64,000 nt of DNA from Camelus dromedarius (GCF_036321535.1 NC_087437.1:77626001-77690000), one strand, 5' to 3'; shown: positions 13,275 through 26,460, counted from the first letter of the stretch. Notes: generated by a model from the letters alone, not told the origin. A program made the numbers and translations.

Positions 13275-14048
13275 CAAATGATAAATGCTGGAGAAAAGGG
13301 AACCCTCCTACACTGCTGGTGGGAATGTAGTTTGGTGCAGCCATTATTGGAAAACAGCATGGAGATTCCTCAAAAGACTAAAAATAGACTTACCATATGA
13401 TCCAGCAATCCCACTTCTGGGCATATATCCTAGGGAACTCTAACTCAAAAAGACACATGTACCCCAGTGTTCACAGCAGCAGTATTTACAATAGCCAAGA
13501 CATGGAAGCACCTAAGTGTTCATTGACAAATGACAGGATATAGAAGTTGTGGTATATTTATACAATGGAATACTACTCAGTCATTAAAAAAGAATAAAAC
13601 AATGCATTTGCAGCAACATGGATGGACCCAGAAATCGTCATTCTAAATGAAGTAAGCCAGAAAGAGAAAGAAAAATGCCATATGACTCATAAGTAGAATC
13701 TAAAAAAAAAAAAAGAAGAAAGGGCACTATGAACTCATCTACAGGACAGAAACAGACTTGCAGACATAGTAAACAATCTTACGGTTACCAAGGAAAAGGG
13801 GTGGGAAGGGATAAATTTGGGAGTTTGAGATTTACAAATGTTAGCTACTATATGTAAAAATAGATTTTTAAAAGTTTCTGCTGTATAGCACAGGGAACTG
13901 TGTTCAGTATCTTGTAAAAAAAAAAAACCTTTAATGAAAAAAATATGAAAACAAATATATGTATGTATATTCATGACGGGGACATTGTGCTGTACACCAG
14001 AAATTGACACATTGTAATTGACAGTACTTCAATAAAAAAGAAAAAGAA
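13275..14048 (+). mobile_element. 5'-truncated lineage-specific L1 (ORF2 end, 3' UTR, poly(A))
   Basis: gagaaaagggaaccctcctacactgctggtgggaatg...ccatatgatccagcaatcccac...ctgtatagcacagggaact...ttcaataaaaaag. Confidence 0.92.
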
Positions 14049-15903
14049 GACCTCTTCGAAAATTACCATTAGGATACAAGGAATTTAAACTTGTATTTAA
14101 TTCTAGGTACTTTTCTCACCTAAGAGTAAACCAGAACAGCCAAGATTTCAATGTATAAATCTTGCGGTAATGGATTAAAGGAAAGCTTGCTAGAATTTCT
14201 AATAGTTTTTTTGGAAGTGATTAGAAGCAAAGCACAATTTATTGTCCATCTCTGCATGACATCATGGAAATACTTAATAGAAAAATAAATGAAACCTCAA
14301 AGCATAATAAGAAATACAATTTAGTAGACCATAATAATTTGAGATGTTTAGTTACAGATGCACAAAGCAGTACAGACTTTAGCAAGAACCAGAAATTAAT
14401 ATGTGTTCTTATATATGAGCATAATAAGCTATCTATAGCTGTATTTTTTTCAAACGGTATCATTCTGTAAGAAAGGAACAATTAAAAATAAGAAATAATT
14501 CAAAATAAGACTATCATCCAATTTGGTGTGGAACTAAATATTTTCATCCTGGAGGCTTTTATTTTGTGTATGTTACATTGTTATTGCTAGACTTGAAAAC
14601 AGAATGATGGTTTTTACCACTTACCCTCTCAGAGAAAAATACCATACTTATGATAAAAATATGAAATAATGTATCAAATAATTATGATATAGATTTATTA
14701 TAATTACTGTTATTATTATGATATAGACTTGAAAATAATCAGCTTACAGTATTTCCTGACGCCATCAGGGAAGTTGGCAAGGCAGCAGAGACCAGGAGGG
14801 ACAGGAGTCATGAGGCGTTTGGGTTCTAGCCTCACTTCCTCATTTAACTGTGTCCTTGAATTTCGCACTTGTCAGCAGTCTAAGAAGAAAGATATTAAAT
14901 AAATGTTGATGTCTACCTTGTCTTAAGTCCATAAATGTTTTGTGGCATAAATCTGACTTTTTTTTTAAATAGAGGCTTTTGATATTAAGTACCAAATATA
15001 GATAGGTGAAAATCCATGTTAAAAGTGGCCCCTAAATTACTAGCCCATGCCCTGGTGGCTTGTAATTAATTTTCTTTTCTCCTAGTAAAATTACTCTCCA
15101 TTCACGGACACCAGTGTTGTTTGGTTTAACTGTGTGAAGCCGTTATCAGGGGACTGATCCAGACCCCAGTTCTCCACCACTGCTGTTGCTGCTGGCTTTG
15201 CTTTTCTCAAGCTAAGCTTCCTACATTGGAATCTGGATGAAGCATTTCAGCAAAGCAGAGTTTACTTCTGTTCAGCTTACTGGCTAACAGGAGACTCAAA
15301 GCATCAGAAGCATCTACTATTCTATTTTTCCCTCCTAGCATCAGTAAGGTTTCACTTTACAGCATTACTAACATGAAAAATCAGACAGGCAGTGATGCTG
15401 TAGAGCCTGTTTCTCAGAGAAGTTCTGCTGGACATGGTGGGATGGAGGACCTGGTGAGGATGTTCTGCCAGGAATCCTCTCCACGAGCTTGTAACGGTTT
15501 CTCTAGTAGAAACTTCTCAAGAAAGTGCCCCACCACAGTAGAGGATGAGCTGTATTGCAGCTGTACTGCCAAGGTGAAAGCTTTTCCTTTTCAGACAGGT
15601 GTTTCTATTTTTTTCCTTCTGTATCTCTTATCTCATACAGCTTGAAGAATAATGTGGAATTGGGGATACATTTGTGTTAATTTCTCAAATTGCCAACACA
15701 TTCTACCTTAGTTTTCTGACATTCACAATGGATACTGTAACCTATCCAATGATAATACATAAAAATGGGGAAAAATTTGTAGAAACAATAAAACACTGTC
15801 TTCATATTAAATAGTGATATAAAATAATGAGGTTATACTAATGTTACGATGTCTATTTTTATCTCATTATTTCAATGCTATCTCACTTTAAAAATCCACG
15901 CAG

Positions 15904-16163
15904 ATGGTTCACAAGCACCAGCCAGACCTCCTAAACCACGACCCCGCAAGACCGCACCGGAAATTCACCACAGAAAACCCCATGGGCCTGAGGCGGCCTT
16001 GGAAAACGTCGATGCAAAAATTGCAAAACTCATGGGCGAGGGATATGCCTTTGAAGAAGTCAAAAGAGCCTTAGAGATAGCCCAGAATAATGTCGAAGTG
16101 GCCCGTAGCATCCTCCGAGAATTTGCCTTCCCCCCTCCAGTCTCCCCACGGCTAAACCTATAG
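15904..16163 (+). CDS. CBLB: CBLB terminal coding exon: PxxxPR motif ([10 protein letters not shown]) and C-terminal UBA domain
   Basis: Acceptor ...ccacgcag| at 15903; [89 protein letters not shown] ends 16163 (matches ORF 15849..16163). Confidence 0.98.
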
Positions 16164-19100
16164 CAGCCAGGACTGTCAGCAACGAAACATAAAGCAATCG
16201 ATGACTATTCCAGACAGGAAAGGGGAAAAGTGAGGTGGAATTCCAAGAGTGAAGGTGTCTCCTCCTCACGTGGCATCTTGAGAGAGGCTCGGAAGTGCCC
16301 CTTCTCAGAAGACAGCTTCTTGCTCGGGATGCCAGGAGCTGCAGCTTCTTTATTTTTGCTAGCCATACTTTTAAATCAGGGTTGAACTGACAAAAATAAT
16401 TTAAAGACGTTTACTTCCCTTGAACTTTGAATCTGTGAAATGCTTTTCCTTGTTTACAAGTTGGCAAACTTGCAGTGTTTTTTTAGTTTTGTTTGGGGAT
16501 TTTTTTGATACCTGTACTGTGTTCTTGATGGACCCTTTGTACAGTGGTCAGGTCTGCTGTAACGTTTCCCACCAACTCCCTTGCTGTCCACGTCAACAGC
16601 TCAGTCACATATTCATTATGATCTTTCCCATCCCACCCCCCAGGTCCAATTCCATTTCTCCCATTTACAAGATGCTTTAAAGGTTCTGATTTTCAATGTA
16701 TCAAACTAATGCAAAAAAAAAAAAAGTGTGTGGCCTTCACTACTGAGTCTTTTTTTGGAAACCATCACTGTTGAGAGATGGGGAAAATCTGAATGTATAA
16801 AGCATTTTTTGTCAATGAACTGCCTTTTATAAGGGGTTTTCATACGATATAGAAGAGCTTCCCTTTTTAGTGTCAGTTTTGTGACCTTTACTCTTCAAAC
16901 TCTCATCTTTGTTATTCCAGGTTTGTCACAACTCTGTAAAAACCCAGTGTGAGAAAGCAACTACTGCAGAGGTGGGAGAGAAACACATGCACACAACAGT
17001 GCCGTGCTGGCGTTACGTAACGAGGCCCCCTGATATTTCTGCCTGCGTTACTTCGAGGCGTGCCAAATAAGAGGGCCATCTCCCAGGAATACATTAATAA
17101 TTTTCAGATAAAACTATGGTCATACTTTTCCCAAAGTAGAATAGAGTTCATTTCCCGTTTGAGTGATTACAAGCTGGCACCTAGCAAGTTTAGGAACCAG
17201 CTCACGGTGCAGCGGAAACAGCAAATCTTGGATGCGCTGTGAAGTGCTAATGCTACTGTGGCTTTTTTTTTTTTTTTTTTTGCAAAATTCTTAATTTTCT
17301 CTCTGCAATCAAATTAGAGGTCCTATTTAATTTTTAGGTTCTCTCATTCGTTGCTCTACATTGTTCCATCCAGTCAGGTGAAGAAATTTATATCATTTTT
17401 TGCTTTTTTTGCAAAATGGAGGTTGGTTCTTCAGAAACCGTGTTGTTATTACTTTTAATAAATCTACAAATATTTATTGGGCATCTGTGATGTGCTCCAC
17501 GCTGCAGGCATTGTGCTTTTAAAGCACAAACCATCACAAGCTGATTCCGCTATCATATTCTGTCATCCTTCATCTGCGCTTTTGGTGGTCAAAGTCACTG
17601 ATGGACAAAGCCTGGAAGGTTTCCACCAAAGCTTCAGAATTTTCAGGCAGTTAGCTTTTATTTTCTCCCTTAGTAAGTTGGTGAAGAAATGAGACGAAAC
17701 CAGGTCTGAGTAAAATGCTTTAACCCGCAGAAGATTTTCTAAACGTGGACTAATTGTGGGTCTGTGCACGTTTCTGCCACTCCATTAACATCACACAGTG
17801 TGGTGTAAAAAGATGCATCTGATGGTGAGCCCCTCTTCCGGATCTGAAAGGAAGTGACCGAGCATGTGGCAGATCCAAAGGAAATTAATGTTGTTCAAGA
17901 CTCGGGTGGTCACAGTGTCGACCCAGGTAAGGAGCCAGTGCTTTCCTTTGCGAGCTGACACATGCCCTTACTTGACAGTTGGGTCTCATGACATGAGTAC
18001 TTACGGAGTCACAGGTGTTGGAAAGTTTGTGCTCATGTTGTCATTTCTTAAGGTGATTCTGAGCTGGTTAATGTCCCTAGAAGAGAATTTTTAATTTGCC
18101 TTAGATTTCTCCCTGTGAGTAGGTTATTTAAAAAAAAACTGCATTGGCTAATTCTCCATTGCTTTATGAACATCATGTTATGTCATCATGATTTTTCACT
18201 TGTTTTATAAGTTTCTGGTGTCACGTTGGAATAGCACTGTATTTTTTGGCTTTTTTATGACTTGCTTATCTTAGGTACAGTCTAAAAGCCAAAAGTTGCC
18301 ACTTCATTGTTACAACATTCTTAATAGATTAGGGAATGATGTAAAATGCAAATGTTAGAAAACATAGTATGTTCTCAAAGAATTTTCAAATAATGTGTCA
18401 AGATTTCCAGTGAGAATTAGAAGAAAAGACTGGTGACAACACAGGAAAAAAATCTGTTTTGCAAAGAAAACTTACTAGCGTCCACCAAAATCTCTCTGTA
18501 TCTATTGATAGTAACCATGAGTTTTGTCGTTAAAAAGAAAGAATCAAAAACTTGTATGGAATGAAAAAGGGAAACTTTCTATCAAACACTGTCATGAAAA
18601 ACCTATTGCTACCTATTACCTGTGACTTATCATACTTAAAAAAAATTTTTTTGAGGAAATAATTAAACCAAAATACACTTTTAGTTACAAAAGTGACTAG
18701 CCATTAATGGTTGGAAATGATCCAGACTTGGTTTCACTGTAATCCAAAAAGTTTGACATTCCTCCCATTTTTCAAGACTTGGTGGTATGATTATTTTTAA
18801 AGCCAGTATGCCATATAATCCCTAATCAAAGCAGGTCATGGCCAACATTAACCTGCTCTCCCCTGTCCCCCAGCATATTCCAGGGGGTAGAAGGCAGAAA
18901 TACTTATCTTCAGTGACAGTCCAGTAAACTGGGCTCCATAATCTCTTTCTCCCCTCAGTGTCTGTGATATCCTGGCCAAATTTTCTAGAACTGAATCAGC
19001 AGTGCTGTGGTCAACTTGAACTTCTTTTCACAAACATGACCTTTAGCCTAGCCCTTCCCTGTCCATGTCCTCTTGCCCATATTGGAAATAGTCTTAATAA

Positions 19101-19640
19101 TAGAGTCCTAATTGCAACTTCAGAGGGCTGATTCGTTAACTCAATATTTCACACACAAGAACACTTGCAAAGATTTCTTCATAATGTGAATTTTTTTCTT
19201 TTTCAGTTCCAGAAGTATTTCCTTGACATTTTTTTTTTCTCCCTCAGATCTTCAACTTGAAGCTTTAATTTGCACTGAGTCATCTAACCTGGTTAAAATT
19301 TAAATTTTTTTCTCTTAAGCTGACAGATTTGGAAGCAAATTACAGTGTTTTCAACAATACAGGTACTGCCTGTTGACCTGGAATTTTAGTGCTTATAGGA
19401 AAAGTTTCCAGAAAATGACAGCAATAGATTGAAGGGTTTTCTTCCCAATTACTATTTTATTTTTTTAATGTCTTTTTTAAACTTGTCTAATGTGGCAAAA
19501 TAGTTATGTGTTCAATTAATTTATATTTTATTCATCCTTTTTCAATTCTGATTATGTAAACTCAAGTACTTTATCTGTTCTTTTAAGATATTTTATAAAA
19601 TGAATGTTAACAAAAGCAGAGTTGGTATTTTATTTTTCAA
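16164..19640 (+). other. CBLB: CBLB 3' UTR (distal end uncertain)
   Basis: Follows the stop codon; U/AU-rich and without obvious interspersed repeats for ~3.5 kb; several candidate poly(A) hexamers. End coordinate is an inference. Confidence 0.6.
17457..17462 (+). terminator. Candidate polyadenylation signal AATAAA for CBLB
   Basis: First canonical AATAAA found by eye after the stop codon, with U/GU-rich upstream context. Confidence 0.4.
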
Positions 19641-20789
19641 ATGAATGCAAACATTTCTTTCAGACCATCTCTATGTTGTATTTTTTTTGTGTTAAGAAAA
19701 AGAACTGGCCAAAGCAGTACAAAATACCCACTCCAGATGATGTAGTTATTAAGTAGCAAAACCATATCATTTAAAGATACTCACATAGATAAGCTACTCT
19801 CATGTCTTAGAACTGAAAGTCAAAGTTGTATTGAGGTTCTGAGTGAGAAATTCTGTATCTGGGAAAGGCTGAAGGTCCTCTGACAGCACACCATATAATT
19901 GATAATTCTTAATCAACACCAACATCTGTTTTCTAAACTCTTGATTTTTCTAATCATTTGTTACTGGTCAGTACATAGTAGGGAGAGAGCGGAGATAAAT
20001 CCATGTTAATAACTGCTTTTATATCAAGAACCATAGCAGAATGTTGTGTCATTAGTACATGCAAAATCCCATGCATAGTAGTAATAATTACACCTACAAA
20101 GCACATACAGTTAAGTGGGAGATACACAAAAGCATGTAATCCAATACAATAAATGCTGTACACGAGTTTTATCACCTTGTGCTGGCATTATGTGCTTATG
20201 GTAAGTGCTTAAGAACTATATTGGTCCCCTACCAGATGCAAGGAACTTAGCATTAAAGCATTTGATCCTTTCAACAACCACCTTGCCTCTTCTAGGACTG
20301 AAAGTAGAGTAGAGTGTGATATCTTTCTCCCAGAAAGTTAGACAAATGATAAGGCTGAGTAGCACTTTGTCAGCGTAAAAGAAGAGCAAGGTTTTTGTTG
20401 AGAAACAACTCCAGAGGTAACATTTTTCAACTAGGATAAAACACTGTTATTGAGGTGAAGACGAGAAGCAGTGGGGCCTGTGGACACAGAAGAGACTAGG
20501 GAGGGTGTATCCATGCCTGAGGGTGACTGACCATGCAAACCCTCAGATCCTGGGAACCTTAGGATTAGGGCTCACTTGCTGGAGGTCAGAGGTGACAATA
20601 ACCATGAACATGCCCAGAGGAATTAGGGTGTGTCTTAACAGGAACTGCCACATCGAATAACAATCAGGTAAGGAGCTGAGGGAAACTTAATTTTCATGCC
20701 TCTCCTTCATGTCCCTCTTTTGTTTGATTTTCAAGGGAGCCTTGGGCAGTATTCTTAATTACCTCTTTCTGTTTCTTTTTCATTCCTGC

Positions 20790-21342
20790 TGCTACCATTT
20801 TCTCTTGGGTCTAGGAAATCATAACTCCCCTAGAATTGTAAACAGCCTGTAATTGATCTCCATGGCTCGAAGTGCAAGACAGAATGAAGTTTCTGAAATT
20901 CAAGCCCAAACCCTTGATGGCTTTCTATGGTAGGGACTCCTTGTCTGCGTTCCTCTCTGTACTCACCTCCCACCCCAGACCCTCTTCACTTCTGCTGAGC
21001 GTGCAGCTGCCCGAGCATGCTCTGTGTCTACGTACGTGCTAGTCCTTCCGAACATTCCTTCCTTTTTTCCAGCCTGGCCAACTCATTCTTCAAAATCCAG
21101 CTCCAGTCTTCCCCTGTGCAGCAGTTCCTATCTTACCCACACGTCGAGTTGAGCATGCCATCTTCCACATCTCACATGGCACCACTATTCTAATGCTTAC
21201 CATGTGGTTTTTGCAATTACTTCATTCCACAGATGGCCCCAACTGGACTGAACTTCTTTATCTCGAGTACAAAAAGCATGTCTGATACATGTCAGTGTCC
21301 CAAGCTCCAAATACAGAGCCTAGCACATAGTAAACAATGTTT
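20790..21342 (+). mobile_element. L2 3' region, degenerate
   Basis: gcctggccaactcattcttcaaaatccagctc...actggactgaacttc...agcctagcacatagtaa. Confidence 0.65.
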
Positions 21343-21612
21343 AAAAAAAAAAAAAAGGTACCATTAAGTAGCCAGTAATGGAAACAGTCCCAATTTCTGG
21401 CTTTAGCTCTGCCACTAGCTACCTACATGGAATGGCATCTCTTTGATTTTGCCTTCTTCACCCATGGTCTAGAAGATACAGAAGCCTACTCACTAATGTG
21501 ATTAGAGTAGATGCCTTGGTTTTTGTTCACTGGTTGGATAGGGAGCAAATATTTTTTAGTAAAAAAAAAATCAGATTCACAAAGTAAAAAGATTTTAAAA
21601 TTTGTTTAGGAG

Positions 21613-21955
21613 GTTTTTAAATTTTTAAAAATTTCTTACACTTAAGTATAGTTGGTTTATAGTGTGTTAATTTCTGGTGTGTAGCATATTCAGTTATACA
21701 TACATATATATGTACGTATTCCTTGTCATATTCTTTTTCATTAGAGGCCATTACAAGGTATTGAATATAGTTCCCTGTGCCACACAGTAGGCCCTGGTTG
21801 TTCATATTATCCATAGTAGTTAATATCTACAAATCCCAAACTACCAATTGAACCCTCCCCACCCCCTTTCCCCCCTGGTAACCATACGTTTGTTTTCTAT
21901 GTCTGTGAGTCTGCTTCTGTTTTGTAAAAAAGTTCATTTTTCTCATTTTTTTTAG
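21613..21955 (-). mobile_element. L1 3' UTR fragment
   Basis: aagtatagttggtttatagtgtgttaatttctggtgtg...tattgaatatagttccctgtgc...ctggtaaccatacgtttgttttctatgtctgtgagtctg. Confidence 0.9.
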
Positions 21956-22049
21956 TAACTTGAGAGGCAAAGAGAATACTTAATTCTTCATAAAGAGGTT
22001 ATGACAGGGGCATGTCTGTTCAAGAGAGGGCTACTCACATATTCCCATG

Positions 22050-22310
22050 GCACTGTAACCACAGTTAAGAGTGCAGGCTCTGGAGCCAGACTGCCTAGGA
22101 TCAATTCCTCCCTCTGCCACTTCCAAGTTATGTGACCTCAGGCAGGTGTCCTAACCTCTCTGTGCATCAGCTGCCGCATCTATGAAATGAAAGCAGCAAC
22201 CAAACCTACAGTAAAGGACGGACAGAGGGCCTGCTGAGTGAACACTGATACAGAATTCAGAATATGCCTAGTACCACTGAATGCTCAATAAATGGCGGCT
22301 CTCATTATCA
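22050..22310 (+). mobile_element. MIR SINE, near full length
   Basis: gttaagagtgcaggctctggagccagactgcctagg...tgtgacctcaggcagg...aacctctctgtgcatcag...atgctcaataaatg. Confidence 0.88.
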
Positions 22311-23240
22311 CATGACCTATTTAGGGAACTTAAGCCACATTTCATCTCCCAGGATCCCCAGAGTAGATGGCAAAGAGAAGCATGTTGATTAATCCTGTTA
22401 CTTCACACAGCAAAAGGTAGACAACAGTGGAACAAGACTGTCCTGGCTAAACTGAGAAAATGTAAAACTGAAGGGTAATGAGCTACATACACACAGTTTG
22501 CTGACAAATACCAGAGTTGAGTTTTTAACATAAAGCATATATATCATTATGCACTCCTCCTGCACTTGCTACTCAAAGTCCAGTGCAGTGAAGGGAGAGA
22601 ACAGAGATGGTGAGCTGCCTGGACCACGAAGGCTGAGGTCTGGTTCCTCGAGAGCTGCTTCCCTCCACACTGACTACCACACAGACTAAATACTCAGAAG
22701 CTCTCTATTTTATAAGTAGATGAAAAACATTTTCTTTTCTTTAAAGTTTAAAATCTAGTTCAAGCACAACAAATAATTTTGTCTTTGTGATTCAGAGAAA
22801 AGTAGCATAACTAGTGGGTTCCTCTAGTCTCTTCACACTAAATGTAACCAGAGGTTGAAGAGGACTTTCCCTAGGATGCGGCTAAAGCCCCCAAACTGAA
22901 AACAACAGAATCTAACTAAGTGCTTCTATATTCTAAAAACCTACCTAGCACACCTCTGCAGGACTCATGAAAAGGCTGGTAGCAGAACTCTCATCCACAG
23001 CCCCAAAATGCATAAACAGAAGATGATGGATTCAGGGGCTGACCTGGAAGAAGTGAGGAATGGGTGGGAGAATCCACCACTCTCAAAGTAATGTTATTTC
23101 CAGAAAAGAGTCAGTTACAGAGATTAATAAACTGTCATTTTATTCTACTGAATGTCTACTTACACAGTGGACTTACTGATCTGCCATCTGTGAGTATTTG
23201 AGCAGAGTAAAAACAAAACAGTCAAGAAGGATCTGCGGTG

Positions 23241-23429
23241 GCAGGGGGGTATAGCTCAGTGATAGAGTGCACATACCTAGCATGCACGAGGTCCTGCATT
23301 CAATCCCCTGTACTGCCATTAAAATAAAGTAATAAGACCTTAAAACCTCCCCTCTTACAAAAAAAAAATATAGTACTGCATGTCAATCATATCTCAATAA
23401 AACTGGAAGGAAAAATTTAAATAATAAAA
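23241..23429 (+). mobile_element. Vic-1-like tRNA SINE followed by an L1 3' terminus within a single TSD pair
   Basis: ggggggtatagctcagtgatagag...ttcaatcccc, A run to ~23368, then tgtcaatcatatctcaataaaactgg; TSD AAG(A/G)AGGATCTGC(G/A)GTG at 23224-23240 and 23430-23446. Confidence 0.85.
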
Positions 23430-23659
23430 AAGGAGGATCTGCAGTGAATCATCTGACAAGCAGCCCCACCACCGGAAAGGCAAGGATACACACTCTTACA
23501 AGACAAGCAGACCCCTGTCAAGGCAGCTGACCTTGCGCGATCTTGACACAAAAAGGCTGCCTACCAGGCACAATAACCCAGCAGCCAAAGACTTTGGGTT
23601 GTATGCCACTAGACCAGGCATGCAGAAGCCCTGCCGGTGAATAAGTTTTGTGTCAGACA

Positions 23660-26460
23660 ATAATCCAGTGAAAAGAGAAAAATTTTAAGGCAGCAAGAGA
23701 AAAACAAAGAGTCACTACAAGGGAATCCCCAGAAGGCTGATTTTTCAACAGAAACTTTGCACATCAGGAGTGCCATGATATATTTCAAATGCTAAAAAGA
23801 AAATAATTACAATAAAAAATTCTCTACCTGGCAAGGTTATCATTCAGAATTGAAGGAAAGATAGAATTTCCCAAAGATTAAAAGTTCATCACCATTAAAC
23901 TAGCCTCACGAGAAATGCTAAAGGCCTTCTTTAAGTGGAAAAGAAAAGGATATAACTAGAAATAAAAAATATATATAAAAGAAAAAAAACCTCACTGGTC
24001 TAGGCAAATATATAGTAAAGGCAGTAGATCAACCACTTAAACAGTATGAAGATTAAAAGACAGTCATAAAATCAGCAATCAGTGCAATTAGTAAGGGACA
24101 TACACAAAATAAAAAAGATGTAATATGTGATGTCAAAAACATAAAATGTGACAGGGCTTTAAAAAGTTTTAGAATGTGTTTGAACTTAAGTGACTATCAG
24201 CTTGAAACAAATAGCTAGCTAGCTATAGGCTGATGTTTATTACCCTCACGGTAACCAAAAACCTACCATAGATACACAAAAAATAGAAAGAAACCTAAAT
24301 GTAACACTCAAGAAAATTATCAAACCACAAAGCAAGAGACTAAAACAAGATGAAAAGAACAGAGAAGAACTACAAAAACAAGCAGAAATTTTAAAATTAG
24401 AAATGAAAGAGGAGTTACAACTGATATCACAGAAATGACCCTGGAACAATGCAGGGGTTAGGGGTGCTGACCCACTACACAGTCAAAAATCTGTGTACAA
24501 CTTAGTCAGCCCTCCTTATACACAGTTCCTCCTTATACATAGTTCCTCATCTAGGAATTCAACCAACCATGGATCATGTAATACTGTAGTATTTACTACT
24601 GAAAAACTTCCACATGTAAGTGGACTCATACAGTTCAAACTAGGGTTTTCCAGGAGTCAACTCTACAAACAATTATAAGAGACTACTACAATGATATGCC
24701 AAGAAACTGAACAAAGTAGAAGACATGGATAAATTTCTAGAAACATACAATCTTCCAAGACTGACTATCAAGAAAAAATAGAAAATCTAAGCAGACTGAG
24801 TACTAGTAATGAAATTGAATCAGTAATCAAAAAATGCCCAAAAAAGTCCAGGCAGGACCAAGTGGCTTCACAGGAGAAGTCTACCAAACATTTAAAGAGG
24901 AATTAATACCTACCCTTCTCAAACTACTCCAAAAAATTGAAGAGGAGGGAACACTTCCAAACTCATTTTATGAGGTCAGCATTACCCTGATACCAAAACC
25001 AAAGACACTATCAAAAAAATAAATAAATAACAGCCCAATATCCCTGATGAATACAGATGCAGAAATTCTCAACAAAATGTTAGCGAACCAAATTCAACAA
25101 TACGTTAGAAGGATCATAGCATGATCAAGTGGTATTTATTCTAGGGATTCAAGGACGATTCAATATTCACAAATCGTAAATGTAATACACCACTTTAACA
25201 AAAAGAAATGACAAACTCACAGCTAACATCATACTCCAAGTGAAAACCTGGAAGTTTTTTGTGTATGATCAAGAACAAGACAAAGATTTCCATTCTTACC
25301 ACTTTTATTCAAAATAGTACTGGCAGTTCTAGCCACAGCAAGAAAAAGAAATAAAAGGCATCCAAATTGGAAGAGAAGAAATAAAACTGGCACTATTGAC
25401 AGATGACATGATACTATATATAGAAAACCCTAAAGACTCCACCAAAAAACTATTAGAAATAATGAATTCAGTAACACTGCAGGATACAAAATTAATATAC
25501 CGATGTCTGTTGCATTTTTATACACTAATAAACTATCAGGAAGAGAAATTAAGAAAACAAATTCCATTTACAATTGCATCACAAAGAATAAAATACCTAG
25601 GAATAAATTTAACCAAGGAGGTGACAAACCTATACTGTGAAAACTATAAGATACTGATGAAATAAACTGAAGGCAACACAAATAAATAGAAATATACACC
25701 ATGCTAATGGATCAGACGAATTAATATTGTTAAAATATCCACACTACTAACTCAAAGCAATCTACAGATTCTATGAAATCCCTTATCAAAATGGCCAGGG
25801 CATTTTTTTATTTTACAGACCTAGAACAAAGAATCCTAAAATTTTAATGGAACCACAAAACACCCTGAATAGCCAAAGCAATCTTAAGAATAAAGAACAA
25901 AGCTGGAGGTATCGCATTCCAGATTTCAAACTATACTACAAAGCCAAGATATTCAAGTAACCTAAGTGCTCACTGACAGATGAATGGATAAAGAAGACAT
26001 ATTATATATATACAGTGGACTACTACTCAGTCATAAACAGGAATGAAAGCTTGCTATTTTCAACAACATGGATGGACCTAAAGGGAATAATGCAAAGTGA
26101 AATAAGTCAGACAGAGAAAGACAAATACTACATGATTTTACTTATATGTAGAATCTGATATACAAACAAACATAACAAAACATAAACAGACTCACAGATC
26201 CAGATAATCACCAGATGGGATGCGGATAAAGGACTGTGCGAAATAGGTAAAAAGGATGAAGAGGTACAAACTTCCAGTTATAAAATAAATAATTCACAGG
26301 GATGTAGTGTACAGCATAAGGAATGATACTGTAATAATTTAGTATGCTGACTGTAACTAGACTTAGCATGATAATCATTTTGTAATGTATAAAATATTGA
26401 ATCACTATGTCAAACACCTGAAACTAATACAATATTGTCATCTGTACTTCTATTCAAAAA
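23660..26460 (+). mobile_element. Decayed L1 with multiple internal deletions (ORF1 end, ORF2 RT part, 3' UTR)
   Basis: ORF track 24834 ([24 protein letters not shown]) and 25396 ([20 protein letters not shown], the RT FADD motif region) are L1 ORF2; ORF1 motif aaaattttaaggcagcaagagaaaaac at ~23680. Confidence 0.92.
24436..24663. mobile_element. Tigger1-derived MITE (Tigger1a_Art-like) inserted in L1 ORF2
   Basis: Inverted ends tgaccctggaacaa ... ttttccaggagtcaact; internal ggggttaggggtgctgaccc and aagtggactcatacagttcaaac; interrupts L1 acagaaa/tacaaacaattataagag. Confidence 0.85.

Noticed and set aside
15849..15903. In-frame ATG extension giving a 104-aa UBA-only ORF ([18 protein letters not shown]...)
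   Set aside because: The extension is intronic sequence upstream of the AG at 15902-15903; no promoter evidence, so it is best explained as chance openness.
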